A stretch of DNA of 63,185 nucleotides, the filler included, from Licmophora abbreviata (Eukaryota), in NCBI GenBank assembly GCA_900291995.1. It is 20 parts of 20 records of this genome, joined end to end, with 100 filler letters (N's around TTAATTAATTAA, not from the genome) between each part and the next. Parts side by side here need not be neighbours in the genome. Positions count along the whole stretch, not along the records: positions 19,112 to 22,979 come from OLMU01003783.1; positions 23,080 to 26,564 come from OLMU01003784.1; positions 26,665 to 31,204 come from OLMU01003786.1; 17 more parts are not named here. One strand, 5' to 3'. This document shows, piece after piece, positions 19,482 to 29,733 of the stretch; position 1 is the first letter of the stretch, and every line of letters starts with the position of its first letter. The position numbers and the translations under genes are program-made. The notes under the pieces were generated by a model. That model searched no databases. It had not been told where the DNA came from and saw nothing but the letters and a program-made list of their open reading frames with translations.

Positions 19482-20177
19482 ATGGCCCGCATGACCAAGA
19501 CCGAACGGATCGCCCGCGAAGGGCTGATGAAGAACCTCATACATCTCAACCGCGACGGCTGGATCTCGTCGATGCTCGAAGACGTGATCCCCGAGGCGTG
19601 GCACACGCTGGAGGCCGATCTGGATGTCGAGGAGAAGAAGGAGAAGGTGACGCTCTATCTGGATCGCTCGGTGCTGCGGGTCTTCCGGGCGATGGGCAAC
19701 GGGTACCAGGCACGGATCAACCGGCTGCTGGCCACATGGGTGCAGATGAAGATCGCGCAGGAAATCAAGCTGGATGACTTTCTGGACAAGCGCGTGAGGG
19801 CGCCTGTGGCCGACAAGGAGGGAGCGACCGAAGGCGGCACGCCAGAAGCCGAGAGCACAGTGACCCCGGCAAGAGAGGCGAAACACGTCAGCCGCGATGG
19901 CGATGACGAAGAGGATGACGGCAGCCCGCTCATTTATCCCGAGATCGCCGCCGTTTTTGCAGAAATCCGCGCAGAAAGGCTGGCGGAGGAAGCGCGCGAG
20001 GCCGAGGAGCAGGAGCGCGAAAGAAACAGCATGAGCGTCTGGGAGCGTGTCGGTCTGGAAGACGAGCGCCGCCGCAAGGCCGAGCAGGATGCGCTGGAAG
20101 AGGGGTATCGCCGCCGCGCATTGGAGCGCGAAGCGCACGATCTTGCGCGTGAAAAGGCGCGGAACAAACGAAAGTAA
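19482..20177 (+). CDS. BrnA-antitoxin-domain protein with long charged C-terminal extension
   Basis: KEKVTLYLDRSVLRVFRAMGNGYQARINRLL matches the BrnA ribbon-helix-helix signature. RBS GGAGA. Confidence 0.8.
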   Translation: MARMTKTERIAREGLMKNLIHLNRDGWISSMLEDVIPEAWHTLEADLDVEEKKEKVTLYLDRSVLRVFRAMGNGYQARINRLLATWVQMKIAQEIKLDDFLDKRVRAPVADKEGATEGGTPEAESTVTPAREAKHVSRDGDDEEDDGSPLIYPEIAAVFAEIRAERLAEEAREAEEQERERNSMSVWERVGLEDERRRKAEQDALEEGYRRRALEREAHDLAREKARNKRK

Positions 20178-20295
20178 CGACGTCCGCTTTTGACGGTGAG
20201 GGGGCAGGATGCGGCCCCGAAAATACAGAGGGGCGAGCCATTGGCCCGCCCCCGCAAAATCTTGGATACGGTCCGAAAGGGACCGGAGCAGTCGC

Positions 20296-20502
20296 TTATG
20301 CGAGCTGCAGGTTGGTCGCGCTTTCGCGGCCGTCACGGCCTGCTTCGACGTCGTATGTCACTTTCTGGTCGTCTGCCAGGCCGGTGAGGCCCGAACGCTC
20401 GACGGCGCTGATGTGAACGAAAACGTCCTTGCCACCTGTTTCAGGTGCGATAAAGCCGAAGCCTTTGGTTGAGTTGAACCATTTCACGGTGCCATTGGCC
20501 AT
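20296..20502 (-). CDS. Cold-shock protein (CspA family), paralogue 2
   Basis: GTVKWFN, KGFGFI and VFVHIS. RBS AAGGAG. Confidence 0.96.
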   Translation of the reverse strand: MANGTVKWFNSTKGFGFIAPETGGKDVFVHISAVERSGLTGLADDQKVTYDVEAGRDGRESATNLQLA

Positions 20503-20679
20503 CCGTCGTCTCCTTGGATTTGTGCTGCCCGCGGAACTGCGGCAACCCGGCGTCGTCGTCTGGATCGATTGACTGAGCGCCGTTTGAAGGGAGACAGTGG
20601 GTCGAAAAAGAATAACTTAGCAGGGGGGCAGATAACAGGTGACGGCGATCATTGCAAGAAAAATCGGGGATTTCGCCCG

Positions 20680-20694
20680 GTAACCGGTAGTTAA
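20680..20694. promoter_or_regulatory. CtrA-like box GTAA-N7-TTAA
   Basis: One mismatch from TTAA-N7-TTAA, followed by a TTAGAT -10-like hexamer at 20706-20711. Confidence 0.45.
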
Positions 20695-21216
20695 GGCGTC
20701 TGCGGTTAGATGCCACCATGTCGAGTCATGTCCCACCCCGGTTGCTTGGGGCCGTCCTTTCGATCGTGATATGCGTGGCGGCGCGGGCCGCCATGCCGTT
20801 TGTCATGACGGCAGACGCGTTGCGTATGTTGCGCCTTGCGGGGGGCGCAGAACATGGCTTCGGGTTCGAGATGTCTTATGGCATGGCGGGCTTGGCCCCG
20901 TGTGGGACGGGCGAGGCGCAAGACTGGCGCGCGATCCGGGCGCAGATCATGCGGCGATTGCGCAAATGGCGGCTGTCTTTGCCAGATGGAAAAGCGGCTG
21001 GGGCGCCGGGCCGATCTGCGGGGGTGATCGCGGCCTTGTCTTTTCTCGTGCTTGTCTTTCGTCATGGGCCGTGGCCCCGGACGATGGGGGGCCGAAACGG
21101 TGCTGACCCGAGACGATGCGGGATCATCTCGGGCCGAGATCAGGCCCGGGCGGGGATCGGCCTCATGCGGCGGTCAGGCGCAGGCAAAAGACCGATCCTT
21201 GTGCCGGCGACGCGGA

Positions 21217-22872
21217 TCAGCGTGCGAATTTCTTGTGCTTGATCCGCTTGGGTTCCAGCGCATCGGGGCCGAGGCGGCGTTTCTTGTCGTCCTCGTAATC
21301 CTCGAAATTGCCTTCGAACCATTCGACATGGGCCTCTCCCTCGAAGGCGAGGATATGGGTGCAGATCCGGTCGAGAAAGAAGCGGTCGTGGCTGATGACC
21401 ACCGCGCAACCGGCGAAATCCACAAGCGCGTCTTCGAGCGCGCGCAGGGTTTCCACATCGAGATCGTTGGTCGGTTCGTCGAGCAGAAGCACGTTGCCGC
21501 CGGATTTCAGCAGGCGCGCCATATGAACGCGGTTGCGTTCGCCGCCCGACAGAAGCGAGACTTTTTTCTGCTGGTCGCCGCCCTTGAAGTTGAAGGCCGA
21601 ACAATAGGCGCGGGAATTCATCTGCGCATCGCCCAGCTGGATGATCTCGGCGCCGCCGGTGATCGCCTCCCAGACGGTGTCGCCATCCTTCAGATCGTCG
21701 CGCGACTGGTCCACATAGCTGAGCGAAACGGTGTCGCCGTATTCGACGGTGCCCTCATCCGGCGCCTCTTGGCCGGTGAGCACCTTGAAGAGGGTGGATT
21801 TGCCCGCGCCGTTGGGGCCGATCACACCGACGATGCCGCCGGGCGGCAGCGAGAAACTGAGATCCTCGATCAGGAGCTTGTCGCCCATGTGCTTTTTCAG
21901 GCCGTTCACCTCGATCACCTTCTGACCCAGACGCGGACCGTTGGGGATGATGATCTGGGCGCGGCCGAGTTTTTCACGCTCGGACTGATTGGCAAGGTCG
22001 TTATAGGCGTTGATCCGGGCCTTGGATTTGGCCTGCCGGGCCTTCTGACCCTGCCGCATCCATTCCAGTTCGCGTTCGAGGGTCTTCTGGCGGGACTTGT
22101 CCTCGCGGGATTCCTGTTCGAGGCGCTTGGCCTTCTGTTCCAGCCAGCTGGAGTAATTGCCCTCGTAGGGGATGCCGCGGCCGCGGTCCAGTTCGAGGAT
22201 CCAGCCGGTGATGTCATCGAGGAAATACCGGTCATGGGTGACGATGAGGATCGTGCCCTTGTAGTCGATGAGGTGCTGTTGCAGCCAGGCGATGGTTTCG
22301 GCGTCCAGATGGTTGGTCGGTTCGTCGAGCAGCAGCATTTCGGGCGCTTCGAGCAGAAGTTTGCACAGCGCGACGCGGCGCTTTTCACCGCCCGAGAGCG
22401 TGGTCACATCGGCATCGTCCGGCGGACAGCGCAGCGCCTCCAGCGAGACGTCGATTTGGGCGTCCAGATCCCAGAGATTCTGGCTGTCGATCTCGTCCTG
22501 AAGGGCGGCCATTTCGTCGGCGGTCTCGTCCGAGTAGTTCATTGCCAGTTCGTTGAACCGGTCCATCTTGGCCTTCTTTTCGGCGACACCGAGCATCACG
22601 TTTTCACGGACGGTCAGCGCGGCGTCGAGTTCAGGCTCCTGCGGGAGGTAGCCGACCTTGGCGCCCTCGGCGGACCACGCCTCGCCGGAATAGTCGGTGT
22701 CGATGCCGGCCATGATCCGCATCAGGGTGGATTTGCCCGCGCCGTTCGCGCCGACCACGCCGATCTTCACGCCGGGCAGAAAGCTGAGATGGATGTTCTC
22801 GAAACATTTCTTGCCGCCGGGATACGTCTTGGAGACGCCCTGCATGTGATAGACATATTGATAGGCTGCCAT
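21217..22872 (-). CDS. ettA: Energy-dependent translational throttle protein (ABC-F)
   Basis: Two ABC domains without TM segments, linker LERELEWMRQGQKARQAKSKAR and C-terminal FEGNFEDYE. Confidence 0.95.
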   Translation of the reverse strand: MAAYQYVYHMQGVSKTYPGGKKCFENIHLSFLPGVKIGVVGANGAGKSTLMRIMAGIDTDYSGEAWSAEGAKVGYLPQEPELDAALTVRENVMLGVAEKKAKMDRFNELAMNYSDETADEMAALQDEIDSQNLWDLDAQIDVSLEALRCPPDDADVTTLSGGEKRRVALCKLLLEAPEMLLLDEPTNHLDAETIAWLQQHLIDYKGTILIVTHDRYFLDDITGWILELDRGRGIPYEGNYSSWLEQKAKRLEQESREDKSRQKTLERELEWMRQGQKARQAKSKARINAYNDLANQSEREKLGRAQIIIPNGPRLGQKVIEVNGLKKHMGDKLLIEDLSFSLPPGGIVGVIGPNGAGKSTLFKVLTGQEAPDEGTVEYGDTVSLSYVDQSRDDLKDGDTVWEAITGGAEIIQLGDAQMNSRAYCSAFNFKGGDQQKKVSLLSGGERNRVHMARLLKSGGNVLLLDEPTNDLDVETLRALEDALVDFAGCAVVISHDRFFLDRICTHILAFEGEAHVEWFEGNFEDYEDDKKRRLGPDALEPKRIKHKKFAR

Positions 22873-23079
22873 GGGGACTGCTCCGGGATGGGTTGGAAGA
22901 TGTGTTGGCCCCGTATCTAGTCAATCCGGGCGCGCGCCGCAATCGTCTGTGCGCAAGCGGTGGGGGTGGTCGGTTTTTCNNNNNNNNNNNNNNNNNNNNN
23001 NNNNNNNNNNNNNNNNNNNNNNNTTAATTAATTAANNNNNNNNNNNNNNNNNNNNNNNNNNNNNNNNNNNNNNNNNNNN

Positions 23080-23395
23080 GTTGCAGGCGCTGCGGCCCGG
23101 CGTGCGGTTCGTGTGGCTGATGGGGGCCGATAATCTGGCGCAGCTGGACAAGTGGCAGGACTGGCACGAGATCGTGGAACGGGTGCCCTTGGGGGTGTTG
23201 GCGCGGCCCGGGCAGCGCATTTCGGCGCGCATGTCCAAGGCGGCGCGGATCTATGATTTCGCGCGGCTGCCGGGACGGGCGAGCCGGTGTCTGGCGACGC
23301 GCACGGCGCCGGCATGGTGCTTTGTGAACGTGCCGATGATGGCGCTGTCTTCGACGCGGCTGCGCAGCGCGGGGGAATGGTCACAGGGTGACTGA
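23080..23395 (+). CDS. nadD: Nicotinate-nucleotide adenylyltransferase, C-terminal part
   Basis: FVWLMGADNL...W..W...VLARPG and SSTRLR motifs. Confidence 0.85.
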
Positions 23396-23458
23396 AAATT
23401 GATGCCCGCGCCAAGAAATTCGATTGTCCAGATGCGTTCCGGGGCTTAGTTTCGCGCC

Positions 23459-24951
23459 ATGGGTACACAGCGTTTCTCGCGACGATTTTTCATTGGGGCT
23501 GCGCTGAGCGGTCTGGGAACGGCTGCATGCTCGCAGGCGCCAGCCACATCGCTGCGCCCCGTGGCGCGGTCCACAGGGGCCGGTCAAAGGGCTGCGCCGG
23601 GCGCCGAGGCGCTGATCGATGCGGCCAACCTAGGCGGGCGCGTTACCTTCAGCGTGATGGACGTGAAAAGCGGGCTTATCCTCGAGGGGCGGGGCGGCCA
23701 TGAGGGGCAGCCTCCGGCCAGCGTGACGAAGGCGATCACGGCGATCTATGCGCTACGGACTCTGGGCGGCGATTTCCGCTTTAGCACGAGGCTGCTGGCG
23801 ACGGGGCCGATCGAGAACGGTATCCTGAAGGGCGATCTCATTCTGGCGGGGGGCGCGATCCCACGCTGGGCACCGATTCCCTGGCGGCGATGGCGGCGGA
23901 GTTGAAGCGAAAGGGCGTGCGCGAGGTGCGCGGTGCGTTCCGGGTCTGGGGTGGTGCGCTGCCGTTCGAGCGGGTGATCGACCCGACCCAACCCGAGCAT
24001 GTGGGCTATAACCCGTCGGTGTCTGGCCTGAGCCTGAATTTCAACCGGGTGCATTTCGAGTGGAAACGCGGCAGCAACGGTTACAGCGTGACGATGGACG
24101 CGCGCTCGAACGCGCACCGCCCGGCGGTGACCATCGCCCGCATGGCGATCGCGCGGCGCGAGGGGCCAGTCTATACCTACCGCGATGGCGGCGATCATGA
24201 CGCATGGACGGTGGCGAGCGGCGCGCTGGGCAATGGCGGGGCGCGGTGGCTGCCGGTGCGCAAGCCCGAAGCCTATGCGGGTGAGGTTTTTGCCGGCTTC
24301 GCGCGTGCGCACGGGATCGTCCTGAAGCCGGGGGGCGCTGTGACGCGCGCGCAGCAAGGCGAGGCGCTGGTGGTGCATCGCAGCGCGCCGCTGACCGAAG
24401 TGCTGCGCGACATGCTGAAATATTCCAACAACCTGACGGCCGAACTGGTCGGTATGGCGGCGACGGAAAAGCGCGTCGGGAGCGCGCAGTCGCTGTCGGC
24501 CTCGGCGCGGGAAATGAGCCGTTGGGCGCGCAGCGATCTGGGCATGGAGGGCGCCGCGCTGGTGGATCATTCCGGTCTCGGCGAGCGGTCACGGCTGTCG
24601 GCGGATGCCATGGCGCGCGCGCTGGTGCGGGTGCGCGGCGACGGGCAGCTGAACCCGATCCTGAAGGATTTTCCGCTTCGTGACGGCAATGGCCGGGTGG
24701 ATCCCCGCCATCCGATCAAGGTGGCGGCCAAGACCGGCACGCTGTATTTCGTGAGCTCGCTGGCAGGCTATGTCACCGCGCCCGACGGCACCGAGATGGC
24801 ATTCGCCATTTTTTCCGCCAACACCGCACAGCGCGCCCGTATCGACCGGGGCGCGGCTGGACGGCCAGCGGGGGCTGCCAGCTGGAACGCAAGGTCGAAG
24901 ACATTGCAGCAAAAGCTGATCGAACGCTGGTGCGAGGTCTACGGCGGCTAA
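23459..24951 (+). CDS. dacB: D-alanyl-D-alanine carboxypeptidase/endopeptidase PBP4, apparent 1-nt frameshift near 23848-23857
   Basis: SxxK (PASVTK) in the first ORF; SxN (YSNN), DHSGL and KTG in the second. Joining the frames restores GG-x-DPTL. Confidence 0.88.
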
Positions 24952-24965
24952 AGCGTTTCAGGCGA

Positions 24966-25727
24966 TCAGGCCGCAACGGTGATCGCAGTGCCCCAAAGGC
25001 CGCAGTTTTCGGCAAGATGGCCGGGCAGGGCGCGATCCGTGAACACGTGGTCGATGTCGCGCAGCGAACCGATACGAACGGGCGCACTACGTTTGAATTT
25101 CGAATGATCGGCCACCAGAAACACCTCGCGGGATCGTTTGAGGAGGGTCTGTCCGACGACGACTTCCTGAATGTCGAAATCCAGCAGGTCGCCATCCTCG
25201 TCGAGGGCTGAACAACCCAAGATCGCATAATCGAATTTGAAATTCTCGATGGTGCGGACGGTCAGGTTCCCCACCAGCCCGTTATCGGCGCGGCGCAGGG
25301 TGCCGCCGGCCACCACGATTTCGCAGCTTTTGTTGGCCAGCAGGGTATTGGCCACGTTCATGTTGTTGGTGACCACCATGAGGTTGTCATGATCGAGAAG
25401 TTCGCGGGCCACGGCCTCGGTCGTGGTGCCGATATCCAGAAAGACCGACGCGCTGGCGGGGATCGCGGCGGCGCAGGCGCGGCCGATGGCCTGCTTGGCG
25501 TCTTCGTTCAGTCGGCGGCGTTCTTCATAGAGGATGTTGCTCACGCCCGAAGGCAGGATCGCGCCGCCATGCACCCGTTCGAGTTTGCCGGCATTTGCCA
25601 GTTCGGTCAGGTCACGGCGGATCGTCTGGACGGTGACATCGAAGCGTTCGGCCAGATCCTCGACCATGACCTTGCCCTCGAGGCGCGCAATTTCGAGGAT
25701 GTCGGGATGTCGAAAGGATTGGGACAC
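24966..25727 (-). CDS. glpR: DeoR-family glycerol regulon repressor
   Basis: VQTIRRDL...RVHGGA and DIGTT. Divergent from glpD. Confidence 0.92.
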   Translation of the reverse strand: MSQSFRHPDILEIARLEGKVMVEDLAERFDVTVQTIRRDLTELANAGKLERVHGGAILPSGVSNILYEERRRLNEDAKQAIGRACAAAIPASASVFLDIGTTTEAVARELLDHDNLMVVTNNMNVANTLLANKSCEIVVAGGTLRRADNGLVGNLTVRTIENFKFDYAILGCSALDEDGDLLDFDIQEVVVGQTLLKRSREVFLVADHSKFKRSAPVRIGSLRDIDHVFTDRALPGHLAENCGLWGTAITVAA

Positions 25728-25744
25728 GTCGGCGCGGCTCCTGA

Positions 25745-25960
25745 TTTGTTGTTCGATTATGTTCGTTTTGTGCGTGCGTTCAAGTCTGGCGTTCGATTCG
25801 TTTCGTTATGGAGGCAATTTTCTGGTTTTCAAGGTTTCTGCAGGTGCGAAATGGCGAGGAAAGTCTTTCAATAACAAGGCGGAATCGCGAACCGAAAGAA
25901 AACGAACATTCGTGATTGACTTGATCGTGGCATCCGTGTTTCGTTTGCGCTCACATTCGG
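25745..25960. promoter_or_regulatory. glpR-glpD divergent promoter with GlpR-operator-like half-sites
   Basis: Repeated (A)TGTTCG/CGAACAT, e.g. TATGTTCGTTT at 25758 and AAAACGAACATT at 25899, resembling the GlpR operator TATGTTCG-N4-CGAACATT. Confidence 0.6.
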
Positions 25961-25981
25961 CCATGAGAGGGGGAGGCTCAG

Positions 25982-26564
25982 GTGCCATCAGCCAAAGGCG
26001 ATGAAAGTGTCGATCTGTTCGTGATCGGAGGCGGCATCAATGGCTGCGGGATCGCGCGCGATGCGGCGGGCCGCGGGCTGAGTGTCGAGCTTGCCGAGAT
26101 GAACGATCTGGCCTCGGCCACCTCTTCGGCATCCACCAAGCTGTTTCACGGCGGGCTGCGGTATCTTGAGTATTTCGAAATACGGCTGGTGCGCGAGGCG
26201 CTGATCGAGCGCGAAACGCTTCTGAGGGCGATGCCGCATATCAGCTGGCCGATGCGCTTCGTGCTGCCCTACCACCGGGACATGCGGTTCGAGGGCGAGA
26301 CGCCCACATCGCGATTGCTGAACATTGTGATGCCGTGGATGAGGGGGCGCAGACCCGCCTGGCTGATCCGGCTGGGGCTGTTTCTTTACGATCATCTGGG
26401 GGGGCGAAAGATCCTGCCGGGCAAGCGCAGTGTCGATCTTTCGAGCGATCCGGCGGGGCGGCCGCTCAAGGACAAGTTCACCCGGGCGTTCGAATATTCC
26501 GATTGCTGGATCGAGGACAGCCGGCTGGTGGTCCTGAACGCGCGCGACGCTGAGGCCCGCGGTG
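25982..26564 (+). CDS. glpD: Aerobic glycerol-3-phosphate dehydrogenase (3' end in gap)
   Basis: IGGGINGCGIARDAAGRG and TSSASTKLFHGGLRYLE. Confidence 0.95.
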
Positions 26565-26664
26565 NNNNNNNNNNNNNNNNNNNNNNNNNNNNNNNNNNNN
26601 NNNNNNNNTTAATTAATTAANNNNNNNNNNNNNNNNNNNNNNNNNNNNNNNNNNNNNNNNNNNN

Positions 26665-27740
26665 TGGACGGTGTGTCGAAGGTGGTGAATGGGCAGGTGC
26701 ATATCCACCCGACCGACCTGAGCCTTGAGAAGGGCACGATGAATGTGCTTCTGGGGCCAACCCTGTCGGGCAAGACATCGTTGATGCGCCTGATGGCGGG
26801 GCTTGATGTGCCGAACGCGGGGCGCATCGAGTGGAACGGTGACGATGTGACAGGCATCCGTGTGCAGAGCCGCAATGTCGCGATGGTCTATCAGCAGTTC
26901 ATCAACTACCCGTCGATGAGCGTCTATGACAATATCGCCTCGCCCTTGCGGCTGATGGGCAAGCCGAAGGCCGAGATCGACGCTGCCGTACACAAGACCG
27001 CCGATCTGATGAAACTGACCCCGATGCTGGGCCGCAAGCCGCTGGAGCTGTCGGGGGGCCAGCAGCAGCGCTGCGCGCTTGCGCGCGCGCTGGTCAAGGG
27101 CGCGGGGCTGGTCCTGCTGGACGAGCCGCTGGCCAATCTGGATTACAAGCTGCGCGAGGAATTGCGGGTGGAAATCCCCAAGATATTCGAGGAATCCGGT
27201 GCGATCTTCGTCTATGCGACGACCGAGCCGGAGGAGGCGCTTTTGCTGGGGGGCAACACGGCGGCGCTGTGGGAAGGCCGGGTCACGCAGTTCGGGCCGA
27301 CACCGGATGTCTACCGCCGTCCGGTGGATGCGATCACTGCGCGGGTGTTCAGCGATCCGCCGATGAATTTCCTGCAGGTGAGCAAGACCGGCAACAAGCT
27401 GCTGTTCGGCGACGGGCAAAGCGCGCCCGCCACGGGCAAGCTGGCCGAGGTTCCCGACGGGCGCTATACCGCCGGGTTCCGGCCCAACCATCTGGAGATC
27501 GGCAAGCATACCGCCGATGCGATGAAATTCGTTACGCGCCTGACGGTGACCGAATTGACCGGCTCGGAAACCTTCGTGCATCTGGATCACCACGGCGAGC
27601 GTTGGGTCGGGCTGATCCACGGGGTCCACGATCTGCCGCTCGGTGCCGATCTGGAGGTCTTTCTGGATCCGCGACATGTCTATGTGTTCGGCGAGGACGG
27701 GGCGCTGGTGGCGCCCGCGGCCTATGCGCTGGCGGCCTGA
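26665..27740 (+). CDS. Glycerol ABC transporter ATP-binding subunit 1 (GlpS-like; start in gap)
   Basis: [16 protein letters not shown] and LLDEP, in a glp-cluster context. Confidence 0.9.
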
Positions 27741-27754
27741 GGAGGAGGGGAAGA

Positions 27755-28858
27755 ATGGCGAAGATCACGCTCGATAACCTTGCGCATTCCTACCTGCCCA
27801 AACCTGCGGGCGAGGAGGATTACGCGCTCAAGGAGTTGAACCACGATTGGGAGGATGGCGCGGCCTATGCGCTTCTCGGGTCGTCGGGATGCGGGAAATC
27901 CACGCTGCTCAACATCATCTCGGGGCTGCTGCATCCCAGTCAGGGCCGGGTCCTGTTCGATGGGCGCGATGTGACGCGCGCGCCGACCGCCGAGCGCAAC
28001 ATCGCGCAGGTTTTCCAGTTTCCGGTCGTCTATGACACGATGACCGTGCATAACAATCTGGCCTTCCCGCTGCGCAACCGGGGCCGCGACGAAGCCTATG
28101 TGGCCGAGCGCGTGCAGGAGGTTGCCCGGATGATCGGCATGGAGGCCGATCTTAACCGCAAGGCGCGGGGTCTGACGGCGGATGCCAAGCAGAAGATCAG
28201 CCTTGGCCGGGGCATGGTGCGCAAGGATGTGAACGCGCTTTTGTTCGATGAGCCGCTGACGGTGATCGACCCGCATATGAAATGGGAGCTGCGCACGCAG
28301 CTCAAGTCGCTGCATCACGAATTCGGGCACACGATGATCTATGTGACCCACGACCAGACCGAGGCTCTGACCTTCGCGGACAAGGTGGTGGTCATGTATG
28401 ATGGGAGGGTGGTGCAGATCGGCACGCCCGAAGAGCTGTTCGAGCGTCCCGAGCATACATTCGTGGGGTATTTCATCGGCTCGCCGGGCATGAACGTGAT
28501 CCCCGCCAAGGTCGAGGGACAGCGCGCCTATATCAACGGCTCGTCGGTGGAGCTGAGTGGCGGATATGGCGCGCTCGATGGCAAGGTCGAGATCGGCGTG
28601 CGCCCGGAATTCGCGCGGCTGTCCGACAGCGAGGGTCTGCCTGTCAAGGTGCGCCGGGTCGAGGATGTGGGCCGCCACAAGATCGTCCGAGCCGAGTGTT
28701 TCGGAAACGACATCAACATCATCGCCGGCGAGGGGGACCGGATCGGCGCGGACATGACGCGGGTGGTCTTCGATCCCGCGCATGTAAATGTCTATGCCAA
28801 TGACTGGCGCGTGTCGCCCGAGGGCGCAGGAAACGGATCTGCCGGGGAGGCCGCGTGA
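27755..28858 (+). CDS. Glycerol ABC transporter ATP-binding subunit 2 (rhizobial GlpT-like)
   Basis: GSSGCGKS, degenerate signature LTADAKQK, FDEP and YVTHDQ. RBS GGAGG. Confidence 0.9.
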   Translation: MAKITLDNLAHSYLPKPAGEEDYALKELNHDWEDGAAYALLGSSGCGKSTLLNIISGLLHPSQGRVLFDGRDVTRAPTAERNIAQVFQFPVVYDTMTVHNNLAFPLRNRGRDEAYVAERVQEVARMIGMEADLNRKARGLTADAKQKISLGRGMVRKDVNALLFDEPLTVIDPHMKWELRTQLKSLHHEFGHTMIYVTHDQTEALTFADKVVVMYDGRVVQIGTPEELFERPEHTFVGYFIGSPGMNVIPAKVEGQRAYINGSSVELSGGYGALDGKVEIGVRPEFARLSDSEGLPVKVRRVEDVGRHKIVRAECFGNDINIIAGEGDRIGADMTRVVFDPAHVNVYANDWRVSPEGAGNGSAGEAA

Positions 28859-29733
28859 TGCAGGAAAAAACGGTCAATCAGAAGGCATGGTTCCTTGTGC
28901 TGCCGGTTCTGGTGCTGGTGGCCTTCTCAGCGGTCATTCCGCTGATGACGGTGGTCAATTATTCCGTTCAGGACACGTTCGGCGGCAACCAGTTCTTCTG
29001 GGCCGGGCTGGAGTGGTTCGACGATCTGCTGCATTCCGAGCGGATGTGGAATGCGCTTGGCCGTCAGTTGGCATTCTCGGCCATCATCCTTGCGATCGAG
29101 GTGCCGCTTGGCATTCTGGTGGCGCTGAGCATGCCGAAAAGCGGGTTCTGGGCCAGCTTCTGTCTTGTGGTGATGTCGCTGCCGCTGTTGATCCCATGGA
29201 ACGTGGTGGGCACGATCTGGCAGATCTTCGGCCGGGTCGACATCGGTCTGCTGGGCCACACGCTGGACAAGCTGGGCATTCCCTACAACTACACGCAGGA
29301 TTTCATCTCGGCCTGGGCCACGGTGATCGTGATGGATGTCTGGCACTGGACCTCGCTTGTGGCGCTGCTGGCCTATGCCGGTCTGCAATCCATTCCCGAC
29401 GCCTATTATCAGGCGGCCAAGATCGATCAGGCGAGCCGCTGGAAAGTGTTCCGCTATATCGAGCTGCCGAAGATGGCAGGCGTTCTGATGATCGCGATCC
29501 TGCTGCGCTTCATGGACAGTTTCATGATCTATACCGAGCCTTTCGTCGTCACCGGCGGCGGGCCGGGCAATGCCACCACCTTCCTGTCGATCGACCTTGT
29601 GAAAATGGCGCTTGGACAGTTCGACCTCGGCCCGGCGGCGGCGTTCTCGATCATGTATTTCCTCGTGATCCTGCTGATATCGTGGGTGTTCTACACGGTG
29701 ATGACCAATCTTGACCGGCGGGAGGGCAAGTAA
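28858..29733 (+). CDS. Carbohydrate ABC permease (rhizobial GlpP-like)
   Basis: Multiple TM segments and EAA-like loop YYQAAKIDQAS. Confidence 0.9.
   Translation: MQEKTVNQKAWFLVLPVLVLVAFSAVIPLMTVVNYSVQDTFGGNQFFWAGLEWFDDLLHSERMWNALGRQLAFSAIILAIEVPLGILVALSMPKSGFWASFCLVVMSLPLLIPWNVVGTIWQIFGRVDIGLLGHTLDKLGIPYNYTQDFISAWATVIVMDVWHWTSLVALLAYAGLQSIPDAYYQAAKIDQASRWKVFRYIELPKMAGVLMIAILLRFMDSFMIYTEPFVVTGGGPGNATTFLSIDLVKMALGQFDLGPAAAFSIMYFLVILLISWVFYTVMTNLDRREGK

Noticed and set aside
21052..22920. Long antisense or alternate-frame ORFs (e.g. 21052-22920, 42318-44540, 6714-8360, 57716-59482)
   Set aside because: Shadow ORFs of well-supported genes, expected in high-GC DNA with strong codon bias.
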